Shown here one piece after another: positions 18,300-27,308 of a stretch of 57,028 nt of DNA. The stretch is from positions 1 to 57,028 of IMG/VR virus record IMGVR_UViG_3300034411_000354. One strand, written 5' to 3'. Position 1 is the first letter of the stretch, and each line of letters begins with the position of its first letter. Below the pieces are notes generated by a model. The model saw nothing but the letters and a program-made list of their open reading frames with translations. It did no database searches and was not told the origin of the DNA. The position numbers and the translations under genes are program-made. This DNA is from a virus. Taxonomy: Duplodnaviria > Caudoviricetes.

Positions 18300-18500
18300 A
18301 ATTGACGAAATAATTTATGCGGCACATGCCGCCTTATCAGCCGACTTAAAGGAGCGGCTAATCCGTATCTCCGTATCGTGGAGCAACGAACTAGCGCTTA
18401 TTAACGAGGGGCGACCTCGACAGGTTTTACGCCTTTGTAGGCGAAGAATACGTTTTTTACGGCTACGGGCCGACCTCATATCGTAGAGGTACACGTATAG
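18300..18500 (-). ncRNA. Candidate structured cis-regulatory RNA leader of the capsid gene
   Basis: About 200 nt non-coding with 7 closely packed hairpins, two of which share an ACGAUA loop. See findings. Confidence 0.55.
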
Positions 18501-18503
18501 TGA

Positions 18504-18520
18504 ATATTAGTATAGGTATT
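18504..18520. promoter_or_regulatory. Representative copy of the genome-wide ATATTAG-N5-GTAYT box (candidate operator)
   Basis: ATATTAG TATAG GTATT. Other copies at 4302, 25667, 26160, 27431, 31757(rc), 31772, 34527(rc), 37071(rc), 39432 and 42946(rc), all intergenic. Confidence 0.7.
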
Positions 18521-18540
18521 ATATCAATGCAACAACTATA

Positions 18541-18906
18541 TCAATCTGCGGTTACGCCCTTTTCTAGAGCTGCGAGCCTTAACTTGAGAGTATGGATATC
18601 GTCTAGCAGCACTTCCCCTCTAACTATTTCTTTATCAAGCAGGTTAGCCGTGTACTCGATCAACATATCTTGGCGAGCATCAGCCGGAAGGGCCCCTAGT
18701 TCTCCCCTAGGCCATTTAATGCGGAACTCAGAGTTAGACGCTATGTCCATTTGGGTTTTGTCTAAGGCGTGCTCAAGGGTGTTCAACCGCTCTTGAACTG
18801 AGAAATACGCCATTGTAGATACTGAGGTGAACGCAATCATTGCGATCAGGTTCCTCAGTGGGATTGTCACCGCCGTGTCTTCAGATAATTCTGCCATTTG
18901 CCTCAC
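18541..18906 (-). CDS. Hypothetical protein with N-terminal TM helix and coiled coil
   Basis: 121 aa, IPLRNLIAMIAF hydrophobic segment. Coupled to the upstream gene. Confidence 0.65.
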   Translation of the reverse strand: MRQMAELSEDTAVTIPLRNLIAMIAFTSVSTMAYFSVQERLNTLEHALDKTQMDIASNSEFRIKWPRGELGALPADARQDMLIEYTANLLDKEIVRGEVLLDDIHTLKLRLAALEKGVTAD

Positions 18907-19298
18907 CTGTGACGTGCTGTCTTCTTTGCAATCTTTTTAGGTTGTTTACTAAACTGCTTACCAGCCTTCGTATCTTTCCGCTTCTTTGCGCTGGTTTTTG
19001 CATATTCTTTTTTACTAAGGGCTTCTCGGGCTTTTTTCGGTAAGTACCGCTCGCCGGTAGCCTTGCTACCCTGTGTGCTGTTCTTCCCGCTCTTGGTGCC
19101 CCACTTCTCTTTGGTCCATTTCGAGAGTGACTTCTGTGCCTTTGTCTTTGGCCCACTGTAGCCACCTCCTGCTTTTTTATAACGCTGCGTTGCCAGCTGT
19201 GCCTTTCTGGCACTCCATTGGCCGGGCCTGCCGCCCTTAGCTCCTGCTTTTACAGCCGCTACAATGCGTTTCCACTTTGCCTCGTCTGTTCTAGCCAT
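18903..19298 (-). CDS. Lys-rich basic protein (DUF5872-like)
   Basis: GG.PGQWSARKAQL....YK..GGGY and QKSL.KW..E.W motifs. Likely start MART (19298). Confidence 0.75.
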   Translation of the reverse strand: MARTDEAKWKRIVAAVKAGAKGGRPGQWSARKAQLATQRYKKAGGGYSGPKTKAQKSLSKWTKEKWGTKSGKNSTQGSKATGERYLPKKAREALSKKEYAKTSAKKRKDTKAGKQFSKQPKKIAKKTARHR

Positions 19299-19300
19299 CG

Positions 19301-19735
19301 TCAAATCACCTTGAATAACTTTAAGCCGAAAAAAATAAAGGCCGGAAAAACCAATAACGTCCCGACCATCCACCAAGCGAATGTCATGAGCAGCTCCAGG
19401 TTCTCCTCTCGCTGTCTGTTCGCATCGCGCAGGGCTTTCGCGCGCGCCCGCTTTCGTTCGCTTTGGAACTTGAGCCAGTCTTGGTACATGTCAGGTCGGC
19501 CAGCGTAGATCATGTGGTCGCGGAGCCACTCCTCCTGCGCTTTGATCTTCTCCAGCTCCATGAAACAAGCCATATCGTCCTTGTTACCTGAACGATTAGC
19601 CCTCTTGGCTATGGCTGACTTGTTATCAAAGAATTTGGTTGCCTGGTCGGTTACGTCGTAGAGCTCCTTACCATTCTCTAACGCAGTCTTAATGACCTGG
19701 AATGCCGCATTAGCGGCAGCAATTTCAGCAAGCAT
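19301..19735 (-). CDS. Hypothetical protein with C-terminal TM helix
   Basis: 144 aa, MLAEIAAANAAF start, helical body, hydrophobic C-terminus. Confidence 0.7.
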   Translation of the reverse strand: MLAEIAAANAAFQVIKTALENGKELYDVTDQATKFFDNKSAIAKRANRSGNKDDMACFMELEKIKAQEEWLRDHMIYAGRPDMYQDWLKFQSERKRARAKALRDANRQREENLELLMTFAWWMVGTLLVFPAFIFFGLKLFKVI

Positions 19736-19739
19736 GGCG

Positions 19740-20030
19740 CTACCATTTCACACGATTAGCCCAGTAGGCCGCGCTCATTTTGCCCTTGGCGATGTTGCGA
19801 CCATGACGAGCTTTGAAGCTTGCACGCTTCTTCTTCATCTTTTCGCCTTCGCCTTTCTTGGGTTTGCCCGCCGTCTTAGCACCCTGCTCACCGAATCGGA
19901 TCGTCTTGATCTTATCGCCCTCTTTAGCCACAACGATGTGCGACTTCTTAGGGTGACTAGGCGTCCTCTTTGGTTTGTTAAAGCCCGAGACTCCTGCTCG
20001 GGCTAGTCTTGGATCTTTTTTGGCTGGCAT
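19740..20030 (-). CDS. Small basic protein
   Basis: 96 aa, NKPKRTP.HP.KSH+V...IRFGEQG...SFKARH...AYWAN. A very basic, recurrent marine-phage protein type. Confidence 0.75.
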   Translation of the reverse strand: MPAKKDPRLARAGVSGFNKPKRTPSHPKKSHIVVAKEGDKIKTIRFGEQGAKTAGKPKKGEGEKMKKKRASFKARHGRNIAKGKMSAAYWANRVKW

Positions 20031-20041
20031 TGCTTACCTCG

Positions 20042-21052
20042 CTATAAAAGGTCGCCTCGCAGGCGCTTAAGTGTGGCTTCTGGTAGTGCGTCGAACTCTT
20101 CCTCAGTCAGCAAAGAGATATCCAGGGGCTTATCACCGTGGTTCGCGGAACTTTCCCCTGGCAATTCAGGCGGCTGTGCCTCTGCAGCTCTCAATTTGGC
20201 GCTAACTTGGGCACGCTTTTTGGCAACTTCATCAACCCTTTTCTGCGCTTTCCCAGCCAAACTTGGGACACTTTCTTGCGGTTGGTCTAAACCGTGGTCT
20301 TTTACGACGTACTTCACGGCTTTGGACAGTGCATCCACCGCTTCGTAGTCCTTCATGATGAAAGCGTCACGCAGTTCGATCACTTCATTGGTCATTTCCT
20401 GATCGAAAACCTCAGAATTAGGGTCGAAAACTGGGTAATCTTCCTCCATCGCTGTCGCGGCCTGCTGTAACGCAGTCATCGCACGGTCCTGGCTAACGGT
20501 TTGCGTCATTTCCTGGCGCATTTCGTACTGGAACAGTATCCGCTCTTGCTGTCGGATCTCTCTCCGTAGGGCTGTGGCTTTAGCATTCTCGCCGTCGAGC
20601 ATCAGATTCTGGTATTCGTCCTCTTTTGCATCGAAATCGTAGGCTTCAGGCGCTTCGGCAGCCTTTTCATTGGCCGCGTTTACCTCATCGAGCTGTTTTT
20701 GCAGTGCTTTGTTCTTCGCTAACACCTCATCAAGGCGAGATTTAGGCACCGTCGGCTTCTTTGCAGGCTTTTCTTCCGTTACCGCCTGCTCTTCTTCGAC
20801 CTCTGCCTCTTCTTCCAACTCTGCTTCGGGCTCTTCTTCTGTTTCTTCCAGCGCTTCGTCGGTTACTTCTTCGACAGCGTCCTCGGATTCTTCTGTTTCG
20901 GCTTCCGCAACGGTCTCTTCGGGTGCGGGCTCCTCAAGTTCTGGAAAACTAAGGTCCAGTTGAGGTGCATCATCCTCTTCTGGTGCGTCAGCACCTGGCA
21001 TTACATCGAAACTTATTGTCTCTTCCTGGGGGGTTTCTGTTTTCTCACTCAT
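20042..21052 (-). CDS. Capsid scaffolding protein (putative)
   Basis: 336 aa, highly acidic N-terminus, VPKSRLDEV coiled coil and C-terminal EEFDALPE..LKRLRGD. Lies between portal and capsid genes. Confidence 0.75.
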   Translation of the reverse strand: MSEKTETPQEETISFDVMPGADAPEEDDAPQLDLSFPELEEPAPEETVAEAETEESEDAVEEVTDEALEETEEEPEAELEEEAEVEEEQAVTEEKPAKKPTVPKSRLDEVLAKNKALQKQLDEVNAANEKAAEAPEAYDFDAKEDEYQNLMLDGENAKATALRREIRQQERILFQYEMRQEMTQTVSQDRAMTALQQAATAMEEDYPVFDPNSEVFDQEMTNEVIELRDAFIMKDYEAVDALSKAVKYVVKDHGLDQPQESVPSLAGKAQKRVDEVAKKRAQVSAKLRAAEAQPPELPGESSANHGDKPLDISLLTEEEFDALPEATLKRLRGDLL

Positions 21053-23178
21053 AAAGTATTCCTTGCCTCAGCTTGAGGGGGTTTGGGGGTGGTTTTCGAC
21101 GCTTGAAGCGCCGTCGTTGCTAACTTCGTGGCCGCACTTGTCTGCATTTGGTCAGCACGCTGCTGATTAGTTGCCGACGAGAGCTCTCTGCGGAGATCCA
21201 ACTGCTGTTGGTTCATATCGATCTTGGCTTGCAGCTCTGCCATGCGCATTTGCGGATCAACCTCTGCAACGTCCTGAACCTTCGCAATATTGACCGCCGC
21301 CTCTGACTGCAGCTTCTTAACCTCAGCCTCTGCTTTGGCGATTTCTAGCTGGATGCCCATCATTTCTATTTCTGCGCGGGCTGCAGCTTCAGCCTGCTGG
21401 GCTTCATTCATAGGCTCTGCGCCTGTCAGCATTCGGATTCGCTTGGCTAGCTCACCTTTGCGCGCCAAATGGCTGTACTCGATGATCGCGTCGTCTGGAA
21501 TCGCGACACCTGCTTGTCTTAGGTTGATCGCTTCAGCGAACTGGACCTCATCGAAGCTATCTCTAGCTGGTGCGGTAGCTACGACCACGTCGTACTCACC
21601 CAACATGAGGTTGTTGATGATCTCGCCCTCTGGGCCTGGCTCGTTAACCACCATTTGCTCACGGGGCTTGAGTGGGTCGTCCTCGTTCGTTACCTGAATG
21701 ATTCGGGTCTCGGTGTAGAACGTCTGTATTAGGTTGAGGATCTTCTCCGCCAGGTACTGGCGCGACTTGCGCAAGTTGTCTAGCGGGACAGCAATCATGA
21801 CTGCGCCACGATTCTGCTTAGCCTGGATCGCAATGCCCGATACTTCTGCACTATCTGTACCAAGCATCGAGTCGTTTACACCTGATATGGTCTTGATATT
21901 CGCCGCAGCTTTCTGGGCTATGCGGTCGAGACCCGTTGGTATCTGGTTTGGCTGAATCTTTGTCGGCGCGTTGGTGCCCCTGTTGTACTCAAGAACCAAG
22001 CCTGTCTCAGCGCCATGCTCCTCAAGATCATCAGCAGTCATGCCAACCAGCGACCCGCTCTCTACCAGCCAGCCGCTATTCGCTGTGGTGTTCACGATAT
22101 GCAGCTCTTGGCTCGCGATCTTGTTCAGCTGCTCCTGCGGAGATAGCAGGTTACGCACTACGCCAAACGGTCTGCCCCGGCGGAAGTAGCAGAAGAACGG
22201 TACGATGGTGAACTGGTTGTAAGGAGACCAGTCATCGTGCAGCACGACCTTGTCGCAAGTGACCGTCCATCGAACCTTACGAACCGCTTTGGAGATCAAC
22301 TCTAGGTTGTACTTCTTAGCGAACTTCTTAGTCTTAGCATCCGACCAAGCCGCAGGTGCCTCACGTTGGTCACCCGTGTCTGGGTCAACCAAGAAACTAG
22401 TGCGAACCAACTTCTTGTGCTGCCGCTCAATAACGCGCAGCGACCGTACCTGCCGGTAGCCCTCGTCATCAGAGTTATCAGCACCGAAATAGTCTTCAGT
22501 ATCAGTGTCGCCGTATCGCGTCTCTTGGTACTCAACAGAGTCAGAGCCGAAACTCATCCCATTCTCGGCAATAAACAGTAGGCGCTCTGCCTTCTTCTTG
22601 CCGTACAGTTCTTCGATCTCATCAAGTGTCATCCACTTGGTCTCAAAGACCTCGCTCCAGGTCTTCGGATCCGCATCTTTAGCATCTGGATCGATCAGTA
22701 TGTCTAGTGGATCCTTAGCCGTGATGCGAATTTCGCCCTCAACGTGATCCGAAAAGTCCATACGTACGTCGAAGTACCCTCGCCCGTCCATGATTAAGCC
22801 ATCAGAAAATACCTGCTGCTCAACCCAGTCCAGTTTGTTGTTGTCGGCGATCTGCATGTACAGCTTAGACAGCGTATGAGCTACGTCTTCGCTGCCCCCT
22901 CTGCGGGGTTTGAACTTAATGTCTGCCCGTCGATTGGACTGTTCGCCCAGGATGGTGTTTACCGTTGGCAGTATCGTGTTGATGGTGAGCGCCGGACGCC
23001 CTTCACTTTCCAAGGCAGCAACGTCGTCGTCATCCCACTGCTCTCCCTGATAGTACTCATCACATTTTTTAGCCATCCATACGTATTCAAGATGCCCATT
23101 GTCCCGCGCACGTTCGTAGCGATCCCACTGCGTGCGAGTGATCATTTCTTCCTTATCTGGAGATATATTCTTAGCCAT
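21049..23178 (-). CDS. Portal protein (P22 gp1-like)
   Basis: 709 aa, YY.G.QW......L...GRP.LTIN, VPFF......P.G+VR.L..PQ..LNK, SG.AI...Q, long C-terminal helical barrel. Confidence 0.92.
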   Translation of the reverse strand: MAKNISPDKEEMITRTQWDRYERARDNGHLEYVWMAKKCDEYYQGEQWDDDDVAALESEGRPALTINTILPTVNTILGEQSNRRADIKFKPRRGGSEDVAHTLSKLYMQIADNNKLDWVEQQVFSDGLIMDGRGYFDVRMDFSDHVEGEIRITAKDPLDILIDPDAKDADPKTWSEVFETKWMTLDEIEELYGKKKAERLLFIAENGMSFGSDSVEYQETRYGDTDTEDYFGADNSDDEGYRQVRSLRVIERQHKKLVRTSFLVDPDTGDQREAPAAWSDAKTKKFAKKYNLELISKAVRKVRWTVTCDKVVLHDDWSPYNQFTIVPFFCYFRRGRPFGVVRNLLSPQEQLNKIASQELHIVNTTANSGWLVESGSLVGMTADDLEEHGAETGLVLEYNRGTNAPTKIQPNQIPTGLDRIAQKAAANIKTISGVNDSMLGTDSAEVSGIAIQAKQNRGAVMIAVPLDNLRKSRQYLAEKILNLIQTFYTETRIIQVTNEDDPLKPREQMVVNEPGPEGEIINNLMLGEYDVVVATAPARDSFDEVQFAEAINLRQAGVAIPDDAIIEYSHLARKGELAKRIRMLTGAEPMNEAQQAEAAARAEIEMMGIQLEIAKAEAEVKKLQSEAAVNIAKVQDVAEVDPQMRMAELQAKIDMNQQQLDLRRELSSATNQQRADQMQTSAATKLATTALQASKTTPKPPQAEARNTL

Positions 23179-23180
23179 GT

Positions 23181-24824
23181 TTATGCGCTCATTGCCGATT
23201 TAGTGCGTTCACCTTTAAGTAATCCAGGCAGCTTGTCCCTCCAGCTCGGTACGTGTTCAACCTTCTCTACAAAGGTGCTGAACTCGGTCATCATCAGACC
23301 GATCCAAGCCAGGGCATCTACCTGGTCGTCATGTACCCCGTTAGGGAAGCGCAGTAACTCTGCTACCAAAGGGCCCGTAAATTCTTCATCTCTGGGCAGA
23401 TAAACCATGCCCTGCTGCATCCGACCTTGGATTGCTCTGGCTCGCGCTTCTTTATCCCTGCGGCCAGTCTTTAAATCTTTGAAGTAAGCCTCGTAGAGTC
23501 CGCGCTCACGTACGCGCTTTTCGAGGAACGGTCCGAGGGCCATCTCAATGTGGCCCTTCTCGATACCGATAATTGATGGCTTCCACACCTCGTAGAGATC
23601 TAGGATCTGCTCGACCAGCTCGAAGCCGTCAAAGCGTCCACGGACCACGTCCATCACAAACATCTGGTCGTACTCATCGACACCTACAACGATGCCGACG
23701 GTGTAGTCGTTCCGATCGTTCTTTCCGATCGCTAAGTCCCAAGCGCAGTAGTAGCGCATGCGGTCCTCGTCGATCTCGTCGCGATCGTAGTAATTGATCA
23801 TGTCTCGGGTGAAGTAGTCGCCGTCATCGGCTACTGGGTTCTGCTGATACAGGGCAGACCAGTCACGCGGGCCTACCGCTTTCTCTATGCGAGCCAGCGC
23901 CTCCTCGTCGTAACGCTCTCTGTGTAGCGCCTCACCCTGCTTCCGAAAAGTCTCATCAACTTCGGCTCGTGCTGGGTAGTTGACCACTTCCCACTGCTCG
24001 CCATTGTCGGCAGCGGCTTTGAGTAGTCGCCCTGCAAGGTCATCATCGTGCCAGCGAGTAAGGATAACCAGCACACCACCACCAGGAGCGAGGCGTGTGT
24101 ACGCCGTAGACGTATACCAGTCCCAAGCAGAGTCACGGGCGTTTGCGGATTCAGCATCATCACGGTTCTTTACAGGGTCATCGATAACAAGGATATGAGC
24201 GCCTTTACCAGTGATACCGCCACCCACACCAGCAGCAACATACCCGCCACCCACAGTGGTAAGCCAAGCCTCGGCTGACTGAGACTGCGGATCAAGGCGT
24301 GTTTTGAAAGCCGATTTGAAGCCCTCTTCACGTAGAAGGCCCCGTACCTTGCGAGAGAATCCCATTGCGAGCGAACCCGAGTACGAGCACGATATAAATT
24401 CGTGTTCAGGGTGGCGACCCAAGTGCCACGCAGGGAAGGCCACAGACGCGAGAGTGCTTTTGCCGTGTCGCGGCGGCATAAATAGCATAAGACGCGGACT
24501 CTTCTTCTGACTGACATCTTTCGAGAACTCCTCTAGGCGTTTACATATGTCTTTGTGTACCCACCCCGCCTGGTACTCGGGGTTAAAACGCTCCACAAAC
24601 GGGAGCAGCTTTCGACGAGTCAGGAACCGTAGAGCAAGTTCCGCGCGCGCCTTGTCTTCTAACGTCTCTTCAACCGTGGGCTCCGGTTCGGGAGTCGCGG
24701 GCTGCGGTTCCTGCTCCGCGATGTCCGCTTTGCAATACACGCAGAGTCGGTCGCCCCCCGAATACAACGTCTCGGGGTGTGACGCTTTGCAGCGTATGCA
24801 CTCGACCTTTGCGACTTCCGTCAT
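23181..24824 (-). CDS. terL: Terminase large subunit
   Basis: Walker A PPRHGKS, GGGITGKGA, IDDPVK, TRWH.DDL, WDLA nuclease motif and FPNG.HDDQVDA. Has an N-terminal CxxC...CxxC extension. Confidence 0.95.
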   Translation of the reverse strand: MTEVAKVECIRCKASHPETLYSGGDRLCVYCKADIAEQEPQPATPEPEPTVEETLEDKARAELALRFLTRRKLLPFVERFNPEYQAGWVHKDICKRLEEFSKDVSQKKSPRLMLFMPPRHGKSTLASVAFPAWHLGRHPEHEFISCSYSGSLAMGFSRKVRGLLREEGFKSAFKTRLDPQSQSAEAWLTTVGGGYVAAGVGGGITGKGAHILVIDDPVKNRDDAESANARDSAWDWYTSTAYTRLAPGGGVLVILTRWHDDDLAGRLLKAAADNGEQWEVVNYPARAEVDETFRKQGEALHRERYDEEALARIEKAVGPRDWSALYQQNPVADDGDYFTRDMINYYDRDEIDEDRMRYYCAWDLAIGKNDRNDYTVGIVVGVDEYDQMFVMDVVRGRFDGFELVEQILDLYEVWKPSIIGIEKGHIEMALGPFLEKRVRERGLYEAYFKDLKTGRRDKEARARAIQGRMQQGMVYLPRDEEFTGPLVAELLRFPNGVHDDQVDALAWIGLMMTEFSTFVEKVEHVPSWRDKLPGLLKGERTKSAMSA

Positions 24825-24826
24825 TT

Positions 24827-24916
24827 TTAGTAAGGCTTGTAAGCCTTGTTCTTCGTTGAAGATCTAACAACGGGCTTGCGCTTGGGCGCGGCCTTCTTCT
24901 TTGTCTTCTTAGTCAT
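24827..24916 (-). CDS. 29-aa Lys-rich peptide
   Basis: MTKKTKKKAAPKRKPVVRSSTKNKAYKPY. It exactly fills the terS-terL gap and is below the ORF-track cutoff. Confidence 0.6.
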   Translation of the reverse strand: MTKKTKKKAAPKRKPVVRSSTKNKAYKPY

Positions 24917-24918
24917 AG

Positions 24919-25434
24919 TTAGTCACTCTTGGGTTCTAGGTAATCCATCTCTCTACCCGCGATCTTCAACAAGTCCTCGTCCGACATGCGTTCGAGCTGC
25001 TTCGTACCGTTGATATTGATATTTACCAGGGGCTTTTCTTCTTCCTTCGCCAAACCGTGCAGCTTGACCAGGGAATCGGTGGTGTTCTTCATCTCAGTGG
25101 CGTTTGCCGAGGCGTTGTAGGCCTCCATGTACATCATGTGCGCGTTCTGACTGTTAAATTTCACCGTCTCGCGCATTTCTTCGCGGTGGTACTCAAGTGC
25201 GGTTTGTACAGCAGGCAATTTTGATGCGGAGTAAGCAGCCTGGGGGGTGGAATACCCTGCCCCGCGTCCCGCAGCAGCAGTCGTCATTCCTGAACAGATG
25301 AGCATGACCAGCTTTTCTTGCTGCATGGTCAACGAACCACGGGCGAGACCCATGTACGGGAGCTGTGACTGAAACTCCACATGTGGATCAATGGAGGAGT
25401 TTGCTGGCTCCTCGCTTGGCGGCGATGACTTCAT
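24919..25434 (-). CDS. Terminase small subunit (putative)
   Basis: LT.QQEK...GM..AAA...AGY HTH pattern and C-terminal L..MSDE.LL. Upstream of terL. Start uncertain. Confidence 0.65.
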   Translation of the reverse strand: MKSSPPSEEPANSSIDPHVEFQSQLPYMGLARGSLTMQQEKLVMLICSGMTTAAAGRGAGYSTPQAAYSASKLPAVQTALEYHREEMRETVKFNSQNAHMMYMEAYNASANATEMKNTTDSLVKLHGLAKEEEKPLVNININGTKQLERMSDEDLLKIAGREMDYLEPKSD

Positions 25435-25666
25435 CTCGGAGACTGCTGTCTGCATATATAAACACTGGGGTATCTTCACCGAGGTCGTCTCTCTCCAAGA
25501 GCTCGATGAATTCTTCGTATTCCTCGTCAGACCCCTCGTGGGCCATCAGAAGTTCTTCGATCTTGTATGCGTCATATACGAGTACTTCTCGACCGCCCCG
25601 AAAGCAGGTGCCGATAATCGCTGAGTCCCATCCTTCAATGGCATACATCTGTGTCATTTTCGTCAT
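25388..25666 (-). CDS. Conserved phage hypothetical protein
   Basis: 92 aa, G.D.AIIG...VLVYD..KI...L...LGE.TP+F pattern. Confidence 0.7.
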   Translation of the reverse strand: MTKMTQMYAIEGWDSAIIGTCFRGGREVLVYDAYKIEELLMAHEGSDEEYEEFIELLERDDLGEDTPVFIYADSSLRDEVIAAKRGASKLLH

Positions 25667-25685
25667 ATATTAGCTTAGGTATTAT

Positions 25686-26153
25686 TTAATCACAAGAACA
25701 GTCAAATAAATTTTTTATCCACCAGTAAAAATCGCCCTCGCTCAGGGTGTGTTTCATCAGATTTACACGGTACGCAACCAGCTGCACATTGTCCCTGGTG
25801 TACGATTTATGGTTCGCGATTCGGTCGATCGAGGCGTTTGTATCACGGGGCCCGGTTCCGTCTTTATGATGCGTCAAAAACACCCCAGACAACGCACATT
25901 TGCCCTTTTGGTCTTCCCAGATATCGATGAGATCTTCAATGTCTATGCAGTATTCATGGTCGGAGACGCGATTACCTCTCCCTACTGCTGATTTGGAGTG
26001 ATTGAGCAGATTCTTTAGATAGTTCTCATAACTTAAGGAATCATGAACTTGTTTTTGGTGAGTTCGGCAGGTATTGCAAGTCTTCCTGTTCCCGTCGAAT
26101 CTTCTAAGCTCAACCGGCTTGCGACACTTCACGCACACCTTGGTGTCAGGCAT
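25686..26153 (-). CDS. Zn-binding HNH-like endonuclease
   Basis: CxxC...CxxC, Q.GKCALSG, SIDRI....Y..DNVQLV...N.MK. First gene of the packaging arm. Confidence 0.75.
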   Translation of the reverse strand: MPDTKVCVKCRKPVELRRFDGNRKTCNTCRTHQKQVHDSLSYENYLKNLLNHSKSAVGRGNRVSDHEYCIDIEDLIDIWEDQKGKCALSGVFLTHHKDGTGPRDTNASIDRIANHKSYTRDNVQLVAYRVNLMKHTLSEGDFYWWIKNLFDCSCD

Positions 26154-26403
26154 GGCGCTACATTAGCATAGGTATTAATCTACTTACAAATTTGATCCGT
26201 ATAAATTTTTCGAAAAATTTTTTTTGAAAATACCTTTCTATATCTCTCACCCATATCTCCCCCCTAGCCCTGATCGTGGACCCCGTTCCCCGATTCGTGG
26301 TTTGTGAACCTTGTTTACGTTTTGGCTTGTGGAACCTTGTCCCGTTTTTGCGTCCCGCAAATCCGGTCGGTGTCTGTTGTGTCTACAACATAGGAGATTA
26401 GAC

Positions 26404-26619
26404 ATGTTCAACAAATTACGTACAGACGCACTTTTATTCACAGCTCAACACCAGCCCAAGGCAACCGCAGCTTGGGCGTTCGCTAAGGAGAACTGGAAGG
26501 ACATCGCCATCGGGCTATCAGTGGCTCTGATCATCGAGGACGTCGATGACATGGCAGAAGCATCTGAAGTATCGGCAACCGTCGATGTCCTCACCGCAAT
26601 TGATAACGGAGTAGTCTAA
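26404..26619 (+). CDS. Early hypothetical protein
   Basis: AGGAG RBS, ATG 26404 (MFNKLR...). Internal start of track ORF 26311-26619. Confidence 0.65.
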   Translation: MFNKLRTDALLFTAQHQPKATAAWAFAKENWKDIAIGLSVALIIEDVDDMAEASEVSATVDVLTAIDNGVV

Positions 26620-26810
26620 TGAAAGGTACAACATTCAAGAACATCTGCTCACCGAGCCACGACAAGACACTCATCATCGGCACTAACAAGAAGAACCAGC
26701 GATGGTTCTACCGAGTCCCGAGCCGTCGTGCTGCGATACAGATCAGCAAGGCCATCATGGTGAAGGGAGGTAAGTGCAGCCTCAACGGATGGACACCCTA
26801 CACCGTGTAA
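26619..26810 (+). CDS. Early hypothetical protein
   Basis: 63 aa, coupled by TAATG. Confidence 0.65.
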   Translation: MKGTTFKNICSPSHDKTLIIGTNKKNQRWFYRVPSRRAAIQISKAIMVKGGKCSLNGWTPYTV

Positions 26811-26829
26811 CACGAACCACGGTTCACGA

Positions 26830-26864
26830 AACCCGACCCGCTCCGCGCGGTTCGGGTTTTTTTG
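26830..26864 (+). terminator. Intrinsic terminator-like hairpin
   Basis: AACCCGA-CCCGC...GCGG-TTCGGGTT followed by a T run. Confidence 0.7.
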
Positions 26865-26892
26865 TGTCTTCAACAACGTACGGAGAAAGCCC

Positions 26893-27000
26893 ATGAAAAA
26901 GTTTAGCTACGCATGGTGGTATGCCTACTACACACGAGCCGGATACACGGACCACGAGTCACGATCCAAGGCCCACGACGCTGTGGCTCGGCGGCTATGA
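26893..27000 (+). CDS. 35-aa hypothetical peptide
   Basis: GGAG RBS, MKKFSYAWWYAYYTRAGYTDHESRSKAHDAVARRL. Below the track cutoff. Confidence 0.45.
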   Translation: MKKFSYAWWYAYYTRAGYTDHESRSKAHDAVARRL

Positions 27001-27003
27001 CCT

Positions 27004-27308
27004 CTTGTGCCAGCTTGTGCCAGCTTGTGCCAGAAACAATCGCGTTTCCGGCACGACGCAAGTCATTGATATACAACACATTAATCAGATTTGTGCCGGA
27101 TGTGCCAGCTTGTGCCACCATTTTCAAGTTCGTTTTAAAAAGTTTTGGACACATGAAATTTTAGGTCTGAAATTGAAAATGAATCCAAAAATGCTGGCAC
27201 AAGTGGCACAAATGGCTACAGCCCGCATAAACACTCACTTTTTGCTGGCACAAATCGTGGCACAAACGTGGCACAAAGCTGGCACAAACCCTCTGTTTCC
27301 GGCACAAA
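27004..27308. repeat. Inverted iteron-like array (6x TGTGCC, AT-rich core, 7x GGCACA) with an IHF box; candidate replication origin
   Basis: TGTGCC at 27006, 27016, 27026, 27092, 27101, 27111. GGCACA at 27196, 27205, 27247, 27259, 27270, 27281, 27301. WATCARNNNNTTR match on the minus strand at 27059-27071. Confidence 0.8.

Noticed and set aside
27004-27308. CRISPR array, or ORFs 26903-27367 on either strand
   Set aside because: Repeats are 6-10 bp with 3-6 bp gaps and switch orientation, so there are no spacers and no cas operon. The overlapping ORFs are low-complexity products of the repeats and lack RBSs.
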